Shown: positions 1 through 13,171 of the stretch, piece after piece
Layout of the letters: the number at the start of each line of letters is the position of its first letter
Position numbering within the stretch: position 1 is the first letter of the stretch
NCBI GenBank assembly: GCA_016906335.1
Contig: JADEYG010000004.1
Location: forward strand, 558,001 to 622,000
Length of the DNA stretch: 64,000 bases
Direction of reading: 5' to 3'
Origin: Novakomyces olei
Lineage: Eukaryota
Notes under the pieces: generated by a model
Database searches by the model: none
What the model saw: only the letters and a program-made list of their open reading frames with translations
What the model was told of the DNA's origin: nothing
Program-made: the position numbers and the translations under genes

Positions 1-94
1 GAACCAAACAAAGGTTTGCAGCATCATTACATCAATGTAGATTTGACAAATTGCAACAACATCAATGCTCTATGGCAAACATTGCGAGTCCACT

Positions 95-1479
95 TTACCC
101 CTTTACCTGCAGCTTTTCCCATATTGTCTCGAAAATGGTAATGTAAGCCCGAGCACTGGCGCTGTCCGGCTGCTGCAGCACTATCGGGACACCAGCGTCG
201 GCAGCCGTGCAGATCTCTTCATTAAGAGGAATATCACCCAAAACGTCAACTCTATGTTCGCGAGCGGCACGGGCGACTCCATTATGACCAAATATATGTG
301 TTGCATGGCCACAATGTGAACACTGGAAAACACTCATGTTTTGTACAATTCCGAGAATTGGGACATTCATTTTCTGGAAAAGAGCAATTCCACGTACAGC
401 GTCTCGAAGTGCAATATCCTGTGGCGTTGACACGACAACCACACCTGTCCGTGTGAGCGACAAGTATGCTATTGAAATCATCGAAAAACATAAAGCAGAA
501 CTGACTGGGAAATAGTTCATTTCACCCAAAATCCATTAAAAGCCGGAATCAATTAAAAGCATAAGGGAATGAAAATGAGTCAAGTAGACTTGAACCTCAC
601 ACATGAGCATATGCTGGTGAGTTGCCTCGTGTGACCATGTAAGAGGCCATAGTAATGTTGGTGGGAAAAAAGATTCAATAAATTCAAGGCCAGCGTAGAA
701 CAAGAGCAAAGCAAATGCGCAAAATACAAAAGTGCCCAATAAACAGATAATCGCAAACAGTTGTAGACGGCCAGCACAAATGGCTAAAAGCTTAAAACTC
801 TACAGAATCAAAACATACCATCCAGCTCGAGCTGTTGAGCAATAGTCAGCTGAGTATCGCCTGTTCCAGGCGGAAAATCGAGGACTAAAAGGTCCAACTC
901 GCCCCACTCAACTTCGTGTAAAAGCTGCTGTAAAGCCTTCATTACCATTAACCCTCGCCAGGCTAAAGGCGACCTTTCTCCAATCAAGTAGCCCATGGAC
1001 ATACTTTTAACACCATAATTTTGAAGTGGGATCAAATGATTCCGCTCGGACAGCTCAGGCTCGCCTGCGAGCCTCAGCAAAGTAGGCACACTGGGCCCAA
1101 ACACATCAGCATCAAGGATCCCAACTCGCAGACCTTTAGTTGCCGCTGCCACGGCCAAGTTCACTGCGACAGTGGATTTGCCGACACCGCCTTTTGCAGA
1201 CGAAACGGCTAAAGTATGTGAAACTCGAGGTAGGCGCCTTCGTACGGGTGCTCGAGGAAATGGGGGTGCTTTTCGTGGTATACCCTGTCAAAGATAAGCA
1301 CTGAGCTTTAAATCTGATTAAACAAAAAATATTAATGTAAAAATTAGAAAAAAAAGAAAAAGAAAAGAAACCATAAACTGGATTACCAGTGGATTTTCAT
1401 GTGTCGATGCCTGTGCAGACTGTATCCAGTGCAGACACCGTCGGCAGTGTGACCGCCGCAGTAGTCTCATGTGCATCAT
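95..1479 (-). CDS. IND1: Mrp/NBP35-family ATPase, mitochondrial complex I Fe-S assembly factor Ind1 (NUBPL); exons 1479-1387, 1284-819, 444-95
   Basis: Spliced product begins MMHMRLLRRSHC...HENPL|GIPR (Arg-rich presequence-like) and contains the deviant Walker A SSAKGGVGKST, DADVFGPS, WRGLMVMKA, DFPPGTGD, VSTPQDIAL and CSHC; GT-AG introns restore the frame. Confidence 0.9.
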
Positions 1480-1594
1480 GTCGTATCCAGTTACAGTTTA
1501 TGTATGGAGTATAAGGGCTAGCAATAGTATATTTTTTCTATAGTTATAGCAGTACCATTGTGTGGTAGGTACACCAAAGTATGTTATAAAGTCT

Positions 1595-1745
1595 AGTGCT
1601 AAAGTTGCGTACAGTAAAGTATGGGCAGTATGTATTGTATCGTAAAGTCACGTACACAATACGGACGGTAAAGTTACGTATTGTGAAGTATAGTGCTAAA
1701 GTTACGGACGGTAAAGTTACGTATTGTAAAGTTATGTACGGTTAT
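1595..1745. repeat. Degenerate tandem repeat of a (G/C)TAAAGTTACG-like unit
   Basis: Several GTAAAGTT/GCTAAAGTT copies; ACGGACGGTAAAGTTACGTATTGT occurs twice. Confidence 0.7.
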
Positions 1746-2007
1746 CGCTACAAAGTGAGTACAACACATGTAAAGAAAGTGATGGTGAACGCTTGACCAG
1801 TAAGCTGGATTAGATAGTGTAGATTGAGATAGTGTAGACTGCGCAGTACAAAAGTAACCAGGACCCCCAAAAATTCCAGTAAGAATTCCGTCATGGTCAT
1901 AGACATCTAAGCGCCTCGTATACAGAAAAGTACCATTAGCGCCCGTAATGAAGCGAAACCCAACAAATAAATAATTGTCACATTAAAGCAAACTACCGCC
2001 GACGAAT

Positions 2008-2940
2008 ATGACTACCGTCACTACTCAGCAGCGAACGGGCGTTGGGCAGAGCGACCAACTGACAGCGGTCGATGACGAGTACGACGATTTCCTCCAGACT
2101 GGCCCGGCAGCGCGAGATGTGACGTACAATACAATCTTCCGAGGCGATCGTAATGGCGAGATTACAATGCGGGGAATCCCGATGATGGCACGGGATCGGT
2201 TGGCTCAGCGGACGTGGATGAAGCAGCATATGGCGGCTGCCTTTCGCTACTTTGCAAAAGAGCGGTTCGACGAAGGTGCTAGTGGCCATATCTCTATGCG
2301 GGATCCTGTCCTTCGTGATCACTTTTGGATCAATGCCTTTGCCCAGCACTTTTGTACTATCTGCGCCTCTGACTTGGTGCTCGTGGACAGCGAGGGTTAC
2401 GTGGTCGAAGGAGGCTGCCAGGCTCCAGTCAATGAGGCGGGCATTATGATACACACCGAGATTCATCTCGCCCGGCCCGATGTTAATGCCGCAGCACACG
2501 CTCATGGCGTCTATGGCAAGACATGGAGCTGTTTTGGAAAGCCTATTGAAATGATCACACAGGACGCTTGCCACTTTTACGGGAAACTTGCAGTTTACGA
2601 GTCGTTTGGGGGTATCGCCCTTGCCCAGGAAGAGGGACGTAATATTGCACAGTCGCTGGGAAAGGATAATTTTGCGGTTATACTAAAGAACCACGGGCTC
2701 TTGACTGTGGGACGGACCGTGGATGAAGCGGCTTTCCTGTTTGGCGCCCTCGACAGAGCCTGCCACAGCCAGCTCATGGCTGAAGCTGCGGCTGCCAATG
2801 GGATTCCAAAGTTTATTTGCCCCGACGAGGAGGCAGCTTTAACTGCAAAGGCAGCTCAGAACGCTCACAGTTTTTACACAGAGTTTCAGCCGTATTATGA
2901 GATGATTGTCAAGGAGACTAACGGTGACTTTATGCGTTAA
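2008..2940 (+). CDS. Class II aldolase/adducin-domain protein, intronless, 310 aa
   Basis: Motifs GASGHISMRDP, FWIN, IHTEIHLARPDV, metal-binding HAH and LKNHGLLTVG. Confidence 0.9.
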   Translation: MTTVTTQQRTGVGQSDQLTAVDDEYDDFLQTGPAARDVTYNTIFRGDRNGEITMRGIPMMARDRLAQRTWMKQHMAAAFRYFAKERFDEGASGHISMRDPVLRDHFWINAFAQHFCTICASDLVLVDSEGYVVEGGCQAPVNEAGIMIHTEIHLARPDVNAAAHAHGVYGKTWSCFGKPIEMITQDACHFYGKLAVYESFGGIALAQEEGRNIAQSLGKDNFAVILKNHGLLTVGRTVDEAAFLFGALDRACHSQLMAEAAAANGIPKFICPDEEAALTAKAAQNAHSFYTEFQPYYEMIVKETNGDFMR

Positions 2941-3256
2941 TCGGGTTGGTAGAGATGTTAGAATGCCTTTTGTTGCTGTATTGTATTCTTTGCTCAAGGA
3001 GCGCTTAGTATACGCGCCTCATCATTGCTTGGCTGCAAGGTGTTTATGCTGAGTATGGTGTTTTCGAAATAACAGACAGTGTGGAAGACGTGATTATACG
3101 CCAAACTCGATGTAAAGTGATCTACAAATGTGCTTAATTTGATTGATTAATTAATTAATTAATCAATAAATCAATAAATCAGTAAATCAATAAATAAATC
3201 ATTAACCCAATCATTAACCCATTAATTATTAATCAATTATACGTTCATCACTTTTA

Positions 3257-5592
3257 TCAAGACATCTCCAATAGAGCATCCACACAAGGTCCAACCCGGC
3301 CTCCCTTTGCGTCCATTACCATTTCAACAACTTCACGATCCGTGCCCGGGAACATGGCTACCAAAGTAGCCAGCGTCTCATTACGTTCATTGTGCGAAGC
3401 ACGTTCCATTTCCAAATGCTGTAAAGAAGCCATACGGGCAGCTTCTTCGTCGGCAGAAAGTTGCTGGGCCAGTCGGTGACGAGGATGGCCGCCTGTACCG
3501 CGCCTTGATCTCCGAGAACCATTTTGCTCAGACTCGTCTCCCTCTCCCTCCAAACTTTGCCGGCTACCCGCTTCAGGAGATTCTGTACCGGTATGGGGAA
3601 CTACCTGGTCAGAGAATATCCTGCCTAACGAATTTAAGGGCCTTTGTATAGCATTCAAAGCGTTCTCTGATCCCTTGGAAATCAAATCCTTTGTGGGCCC
3701 AAGGGAGATAAGTACTCCCGGTGATGAAGATAAAAGATCTGATGTAGCGGAAAACGCACTGTTGCTACTATTGCCTCCGTCCCCTAACCGATCCTGCTGC
3801 TCTTGACCTGAACCTTGCTGCCGAGTAGACTTTTCTTGCTGCTGCCTGTTTTGCTCAGAGATCATTTGCACACTGGCCTCCACGTTCTTATCAAACTCCT
3901 CTTCAGTTATTTCCAAAGAAGATCGGTCAATACCCTCGATAAACTGCACTGCACCTGATAAACTAGAGAGGTAATACCCTGCTTCACCTTCCAACTTTGA
4001 CGGGTCCCGGAACCGATTAATGTACTGGATGTTGCTAACAATATTAACCGGTTTTGATTTCAAGACTACGTAAACCAGGACCGGGATAAACTGGTCCGCA
4101 GATTCACCAGCACCAGCGTGCCGAAGCAGACCAAATATGACTTTGCAACAATTTAAAACACAAATAACTTTGTCCCTTGGAGCCCGGAAATTGTCCATTT
4201 TTAACAGCTCTGATTGTGCGAGCCGCACGAACCGTCGAGTGTTTACATGTGGCGAGATTTTTATGCCCAAATGCTCTTCACGTATCCAACTGTAAATGTT
4301 CATCTTTTCCACAAGTAATCGATCCCTTTCCACGTCATCCGCGTGGCCAGTATTGCTACTGCTATAACCAAGACCATTCGAAGTTGCTGCCGCGACAACA
4401 GAGGGAGAGTAAGTTTGGGCATAGAGCTTGTTCATAATCAGCTTCTCTACTCCTTCCAATGAATTGTCAAATTCTTGTGGAGAAACGGACTTAAACGGCT
4501 CATAAAGAAGCATTTTCTGAGCTATAAAGGCCAAAAAATCGTTGACGATTTTTTGCTGTTCGTGTACAGCCCATTTTTTGCGACCAAATTCAGTCAAGAA
4601 ACTCTTCATATACTTTGCTACCGGCTCGGCAGAAGGCTGCCTCAATTGATCAAGAAATCGGTGAAAGTCAAACGGTAAATCCGGCTCTGGCTCCGGCTTA
4701 CCCGGCGTTGTTACTATCTGTTGCTGTATGCTTATCGATTCAGCAATCGACCGGCCGGACATGGGACTTTGTAAGGGAGGAGCTCCTCCTCCTCCATCAC
4801 GCGAAAATCGTCTTACCGAAGAAACATCGATAAAAGTAGGCCTTTTAACTTTTTCCCTCCGTGAGGCTTCTGCTGTCAATTCAGCCGTGTTTTTCCGTTC
4901 CAGCTCGTTTCCTTCTCCAATAATGGTACCACTATCAGCAGCTTGTTTTTGGATCTCGCGAGCTTCCACAGCGAAACCACGCTGCTCTGGTTCTTCACTG
5001 GCGCTTTTACTTCCCGCTGTCTTCTGTCTGAAGGGATCAAACTGCTCCAGGATCGAATGTAAACGGTCGTCGCCTTCTTGATTAGTGACATGCTGCCCTA
5101 CTCCATCTGCTTCAGTGAAATCGAAATCGTCTCCGTCAGCCGAAACAAGCCGGTTCCTTGGGCCAATACGGCTCGTCTTATTCTCTTGTTTCTTTTCGCC
5201 ATCCTTGTCGCTTTGATCTTCGTCGTCATCTTCTGATTCGGCGTATATAATCAATTCGGATTTTCTGAAATGTTAGTAACACAATTCTGCAATGTAACGT
5301 TTGCAATGCTCAACGTTTTGCAACGTTTACAACACTTCCGTAAACAAAAAAAAAACCACAAAAATCCGCCATGGTAGAGCATTTCTGCTTTGTTTGGGGT
5401 TACGTACAATGGCGAAACTGAAGCAGGTGCATCCTCGCTCGCTGCGAGTTCTGTGTTTACGTATAGTTTAGGCGTCGAAACGGCCGAACTACCCGGCGTG
5501 TTTTTAAGCGAGTCTTTAGCGCTTAATGCTAATTCAGCCTTGTGCCCTTCATCGCCCTCAGCCTGTTGTCTACTCGCTCCGTGCGTATCCAT
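3257..5592 (-). CDS. VPS9: Rab5-family GEF Vps9 with C-terminal CUE domain; exons 5592-5408 and 5264-3257
   Basis: FDFHRFLDQLR, RAPRDKVICVLNCCKVIF, SADQFIPVLVYVVL, GEAGYYLSSL, CUE motif MFP...LL; intron GTACGT..TACTAAC..CAG restores the frame. Confidence 0.9.
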
Positions 5593-6143
5593 ATGCCAAG
5601 CAAAGGGCGATCATATGAATGGATGGATGATTCATTACAAGCACAAATATATATTTATATTTATATTTATTATATTATATATATACAAATATATTAATAA
5701 TGCCCAGTAGCAATCAGGAGCAAGTGAGGATTGCGCTATGTAACATTAATAACGGCCAATCATACTCGACAGTGACTGACTTCTATATAGCGAAGAATTG
5801 AGTGGAAATGGTTATTAAAGGTTGTGGGAAAATTAGTTATGTCGCGTTATTTATGTTGCAATAATAATGTGATTATAATATGATAATTTAACGATGATAA
5901 CGATAATAACCTTGCTGAAAGTAATCTTTGCTTAATTATGGTACGCTTGATGATGCCGACAAACGTGCCGTCAGCGAGAGTTATTTTGAGCATATCATGG
6001 TCCCGGCTCGTACAGGCCGTGCAGCTAGACATAAATTAATTGTTTATCGATGGCGTAAAGGAAAGGGTCAGCAAGCCTGCCGTGATAGCTGTCTTGCACA
6101 TCCTTACGTGAAAATTACAGCTCCCAACACGCGGAACAAGAAA

Positions 6144-6428
6144 TTATGATTTATTCCCGCTTTTCAGCGCAATAATAGCCTTTTGGATATCAGACTCGTT
6201 TATATGATGCTGTAACACTTTAGTAGCTCCGTTGCTCTTCAAATGTAATACTGGCACATCGAGCTGGTAAAGATCACGGTACTTTTCGTTTCCCGGCGAA
6301 TATATATCCACCACGTCTACTGCCAGTGGCGCCTTCTGTGCTGCCGCGTCAAGGGCGCGTTTGGCTTCACTGCAAAGCGAACAATGCTGATGCGAGAACA
6401 ACCGCGCTCTCACTGCCGCAGCAATCAT
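6144..6428 (-). CDS. Small glutaredoxin-like protein (DUF836-type), 94 aa
   Basis: CSLC motif near the N-terminus, VDI, and YQLDVPVLH. Confidence 0.75.
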   Translation of the reverse strand: MIAAAVRARLFSHQHCSLCSEAKRALDAAAQKAPLAVDVVDIYSPGNEKYRDLYQLDVPVLHLKSNGATKVLQHHINESDIQKAIIALKSGNKS

Positions 6429-7097
6429 GTCAATTCAAGTTTAGTTGGTAAACCGGAGTCTTGCATTTCTTATCTGCGGCCTTGTAAGAGTGCTTGTGCG
6501 CAGGGAACCCCGTCGCAATAACAGTGCCAAGTCTCAAAGGCACAAAAGATTTATCCGACCTGTTTCCCTTTATGACTTTGCCATACTATAACAAATCCAT
6601 AGCTCAAATCAATGTGGCAGAAACGCTGTAAATTTCTTGTATTAAAATTAGCCAAGTTTTAAATAATATGAAATTGGTGAAACCAAATGAGTTTCTACTC
6701 TTAAAAACCAAATAAACCAGAATTTAAAGGTTTAGGCATACCTTCTTTTCAAGATAGTTATAGTACACGAAGTGGTAATAACTATATTAGAAATAATGTA
6801 TGAACCAATTGTTTCAAGTACGTCACATGGATATTAGTCATTTTTGATATGAAGGTGATATAAGCAAATTCTTCAATACAAATTTCGTGTTACTATACAA
6901 TTCTAGTAGTATTATTATACAATTCTTGTGGTATTATACGATTTCTACTGTTTGAAAGAATAAGTGATACCTAATTTGCCAGTTTTTAGAGACGTGTCGT
7001 GTCACTCAAGAACAAACCTCTCTCCAGTCGCTCAATCGTACTGTGAAGCAAAGAAACCGCGGCATTATAAGAAAACGCTTGCAGCTGCAAGAGGCAG

Positions 7098-7223
7098 GTA
7101 TGCAATTGTGGTTCAACATATCTCCTTTACCTGCCAACCCTTTTCTTGATCTTTTTCATTGTTCTTTTACAGTCTCCTTTAACTCTGATCGTGCAGATCA
7201 CACAAGTGTGTGCTAATCTTCAG
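7098..7223 (+). other. Putative 5'-UTR intron of ERV29
   Basis: CAG|GTATGC donor, pyrimidine-rich body and TGCTAATCTTCAG branch/acceptor 20 nt upstream of the ATG. Confidence 0.55.
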
Positions 7224-7243
7224 CCGTCTGAATTAAAGCAGCA

Positions 7244-8416
<1,173 letters not shown>

Positions 8417-8997
8417 ATTATATCAATAAGCATTTTGGAGTACTCGCTGTGGCGTCTATGCGCCAGCTATCAGGAAGAAACCCTAAAAAAAGCAAACTCG
8501 AATGAAACGTCTTCTTCTTTTTTAGTATCGTCATCATTTTGTCGAAAATAAAGAAGTTTTTATTATGCTGCATCAATTTTCGGTATTTCCAGTTCTATTT
8601 ATGACTGGTCTATCTTTTTCTGGTACATATTACCATTACCTCCCCCTTTCCGTCCTTTTTTCCGTCGTCACCTGCCTCATTCTCCGTTTAGATTTTAATT
8701 ATTAAAATCGGCTTTTTAAAATTCAGAGAACACGAATAAATTTTGCACTAGATTGGTACTTGCGTGCCTAGTTGCTGCTCGAGATGAGCAAATATTTGCC
8801 CTTTTATCAAGTCATTTCCATTTGAGATTATATACGATATAATAACACTGATTACGTCCGTATAAAAAAACTTTTTGAACATTAAATAGAGTATGGGTGA
8901 AAAGTTTTTATTCGTAGAGACTTTTTATTTTTGCATAATTCGTCTGCGACAATTCCATCTAGATCGACGGCACAAGACAGACTCCTACGCCAAATTG

Positions 8998-8998
<1 letters not shown>

Positions 8999-9060
<62 letters not shown>

Positions 9061-9061
9061 T
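8999..9061. repeat. (ATT)n microsatellite, about 20 copies
   Basis: Perfect ATT repeat about 70 bp upstream of the PET100 start. Confidence 0.97.
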
Positions 9062-9129
9062 ATCACTAATAAATTGACTGCAACGCCTGTATAATTAGGC
9101 CTTTAACGGTTTTGCGCTGTCCTTTCGAG

Positions 9130-9475
9130 ATGGCAGGCCCATCGTTAGAATTGTTCAAGGTAAGGATTGATTATGTGAAATATACCGTCTTCTGACTTCT
9201 CAAGTTTGGCTTCTATGTTATGTTGCCTGTGGCTGCTATGGCCTATTTCGGAGCTCCAGATTTTTATAACAAGCACATCAAGGATGTAAGTAGATTTGGT
9301 AACTGTGAATATAAATCACTGCGTCTATTGTGGCAAATGCTCACGATACCAGGCTGCCCGGGATTTTTGGCCGTCGAAAGAGGAGACACATCAAATCCCG
9401 TTTGAGCGGGATGAAATAAGACAGAAATTAAACGAGTTGCGCGAGGCACGGTCGAATGCAAAAAAGTCGAATTAG
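9130..9475 (+). CDS. PET100: Cytochrome c oxidase assembly factor Pet100; exons 9130-9159, 9205-9285, 9353-9475
   Basis: Spliced product MAGPSLELFKFGFYVMLPVAAMAYFGAPDFY...FWPSKEETHQIPFERDEIRQKL matches the Pet100 pattern LEvFKF..Y..FP; both introns are GT-AG. Confidence 0.85.
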
Positions 9476-10136
9476 ACAGTCTCTGGACGAAAGAACTGCC
9501 TGACTAAAAAGACAAAGTGTTGATATGTTGTCGTGGCTATTGCTTATGCTTTAAACCATTATTCTTGAAACAATTATAAAATAGAATCGGCAGCACGAGG
9601 GGATTTCCAACAAAAAGCAAGGAGCATAGAAAGCGTTTCATTGAAAAAGCTTTGAAAATGAAAAGTAATTAATTTCTCAATTTTGCCTTGAATGATAAGG
9701 ATAACGAGACGAAACGTCCTGAATGCGGAACAATAATTAAAGCGGGACTTTGATTTTACATCTACCACTGTCTAACTGAGACACCATTATTTTATTAAAG
9801 TCGCGTGACCGCCACATTAATTGCCTCTATTACCCGTGTCGTGACTATTTGGAACGGAGGGTTAATTTACTGTTAAAATGGAAAAGGGCCTCGTGATAAC
9901 TAAAAAGGATAAATTGGCTCATAATCCATCATTCAATGTCATTCTCCACAAATTATAACGAGACTGTGTGCTAAATCTGGTACAAGTATCCCACGTCGAA
10001 ACCCTGTAAGGGCTTTTGCGCTGAACTGTTCAACTATCATCTTTGCCTTCGGTTGGCCGTGCTTGCCAAAGCTCGAGTGGTTTTTAGTGACGAAGAATCT
10101 GTTTTGTGTTTAAGGCATAGTGAGTCAACTACCGAA

Positions 10137-11985
10137 ATGCCTCAATCGGCTTTTATGGTATGCCCGTGGTCAAGTTTGGAATAATATCTACGTTTGCCAC
10201 CAGTTAACTAATGCTTTCAGAGTAAAGTGAAATTGAAATGGCCTCAGGGAAAAGCAGATAGCAGTAAAGATGATACTACTACATCATCGCCACTTGTTAA
10301 CCCAGAGGCAATTTTGGAAAAGCCGCTTGAATGCGTGAATACCGAAGAAGAGCCAATTCTTCCACTTCTACAGGACAATGGATCGTTCAACACGTCGGGC
10401 CGCTCTGATAGTGCTGTATGTTGCTCTTTTATATAGCCCTTTTGATCCTTTCCAAAAGCTAATTTCGAATATTAGGAAATCAAAAGCGGAGAGGCGACTT
10501 GTGAGAACAAGAATTCGTCGCGCGAAACAAGTATCGATACGCTTAGAAAAGAAAGAAAAAACTCGCTTGGAAGGGTAAGCTTAATCTCTCGCCAGACTGG
10601 TAATAATGGCTAACAACCAGTCTTCATTTGCTAGTCCCCTCCGAGACAATGGAAAACGAAAGCGCAAGCATAGAATCACAAGCTTAATGAGACTGAAAAA
10701 GCGGCCTGTAGTCAAAGTCCACAAAAGCCCGTCGAAAAGCCAACTTTTCTTCACAAAGATGGTTGTTCGAATGATGCAGAAGCCGCCAGGGTTTATCGGT
10801 TTGCACAGGAATTTGTTGTCACAGGAATCTATGAATGCTTCAGGCCTAAATCAAGAGGGAAATGGCCCTTTTGTGCAAAAGCAAGGAAATGAAAATAATG
10901 ACAATGATCTTGCCAAAACAAAAGCTGAAAGAAAGAAAGATAAGAAGAACGTCAAAAAATACGAGGCAGGAACTGAAGCTTGTAAAGGATCAGGCCGAAA
11001 AGAAGATGAAGGAGACAATCTTCAAAAAGGCGAACGCGTAAATGCTGAGCCTTCACGTCATGCCTTTACCGTTAACAAGGCTGAGGACACTAAAACCCTT
11101 CCAGAACCCAACAGTCAATGGCCCGGAACTATTGGGAACGGTCGGAAATTATCTGACCGTATATTATCCTTAGATTTGGGGTCAGATTTAATCTTCAGCG
11201 ACAGTATTCTGGGCCCAATGGGTCAAGGAGAACAGCAGAAAATCGAAGACACAAATCCGGCCAAAAGCAATCCCGACAAGAACAGTTTCCGCTCTTTATT
11301 TGGCTGTATTAAAAATCCTACCTCCTTTGAATACACTAAGGGATCGAGTTCAAGTGGCGTTAAATCCGAGAAAATGTGCGCAGACGAAATGGACCCAAAT
11401 GAGCTAGAGGCACAATGGCTGCAAGCAGACAAGACAGTGCCCCCTACAAAAGCTGAAGTTGCTACTCAGCCAATGGTGTTGGACGTTTCCACTCTTACGA
11501 TGGAACAGATACGTGAGTTTGGCTATCACTTACTTATATATGCACGATCTAAAGCTCCTATTGCGGATTCGTTTATATCTCGAAAATTGCCTTTAAAGCA
11601 AGGGCTCAGAAGCTCTTTGGACTTGAAGGGAGAAGGGGCCTCCATAACCTACGGAAATCGTGAAAATAAGGAGCCTGTCGACCATCCCACTACCAAGAAC
11701 ATGGGCATTGAAGAGAAATATGCGGAGGACGATTACATTGATGAAGACGGAGACGAAGACGAGGATTATATCAACGAAGAAGAAGAAGGCTCTGAGTATG
11801 AGTCCCTTTTCGAAACAGGCGAGTCCAAGCCAAAAGCCAAATGGAGCTCCCAGCCGAATAAAAGAACTCTGTACCAAAGGTACGTGTGTTCTCAGGAAGA
11901 GCGAAAAAGACGCAATGAGTTGATAGTCCGCCGTAATCGTCGCACGTACCCTTTTAGACACGCTCAGCACGAGCTTTTGGCTTAG
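10137..11985 (+). CDS. Hypothetical low-complexity charged protein, about 559 aa; exons 10137-10157, 10221-10415, 10476-10574, 10621-11985
   Basis: Three phase-0 introns with good donors and branch points join into one open frame; basic KRKRK clusters and an acidic tract; no family recognised. Confidence 0.65.
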
Positions 11986-13171
11986 AGTTTTATGCGACTC
12001 TAATATTTAATTTTTGTACTTTTCTGCGACTGAAACCTTACTTTACTTGCTTTTAGCACTTAATTTTTGATACTTTACCTGGAACCTTGGTAGTTAACAC
12101 GTCTTTCTGGTCTTTTCACTAAACCAAATTTCCATGTTCAAATTTGCGTTTGTTTATCTCGAAAACGTGATACCATGCGTGGTACTATGAACAATTTCGC
12201 CTTATTTGCATTCCCGTAGTGATAGTTGGCTATGCGTGATCATAATCTACTACATTTCTAATGCTCGCTTTACACGTCAATGAATTCTATGGGGAAACCA
12301 GGCTTCACGCTTGGGCTCGAGACTTTTGTAGCTCAGTGTTTGCTTAATTGAATTGTTGGGGCACTAATTTTCCACGTATATTAGTTTTCTCGTAAATGCC
12401 ATCAGCGGAGTGTGGACTCGTCAAAGTCTTGGCGAGTAAATGTTACAGTGTACAGTATGAGGACAGTATAAGAACGAGTATAAAAAAGTATACTTGTAAC
12501 TTTTCTTCGTAACTTTTGTATGTGCAAATAATACCTACGATTATTTGATTTAACCTTTAAAAATTACGACTTTTTGTCGTTTGTTCCAATACTATCTTGC
12601 TTAATCGCGGTAGGCGTTAATAAAAACTCAGGTAGACTATTGTTTTATTAATGCAAAATTCAATATACAATCGGTCCAAAGTCTACCCAAACATAATAAT
12701 GTCACTCGGCGCGAGATCGACACAGGGCCAAATTTGAGGGGTTATAGCTTTGATTTTGCTGCTAGATTTGACGTGTACGAGAGGAACTTGCGTCATAGGC
12801 AAAGGCTCAGAGTCAAAGGCGCGGCCTGAATCGCTCTCTGGCTACTTTCTCCCGCCGCTCGTAAGATCAGATCTCTACCGGTTCTTTGAGGCGTATTCCT
12901 CAGCAAGACTGATCCGAAGCTCGTCCGTCGGCCGTTTGAGGGTTGAGCATTGCCCTTTGTGCCGAGTGCTGACGAGGCTAATCTAAGCCAAGGTTTGTGC
13001 AGAATCGGCATTAGCCAGTAATTTGCTACTGCGTGGACCAGAGCTGGTCCGCTGTACAAGTCTGACTGCCTCTTGTTGATTTTGTACTATACTTTTGACT
13101 CTGTGCCTATAATTTACACCTAAACCGTCTGGCAAAGGAAAGTGCTCGGGAACTGTTCCAGTCGGTGCAAG

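Noticed and set aside
1993..2574. 193-aa antisense ORF over the aldolase, and similar antisense or shifted ORFs in TAF1, GPI13, RTG2-like and FKBP
   Set aside because: Shadows of real coding sequence with no recognisable motifs
12860..13060. TPP riboswitch or U1 snRNA
   Set aside because: Lacks the TPP CTGAGA/GATAAT-CCAGCG core and the U1 ACTTACCTG 5' end
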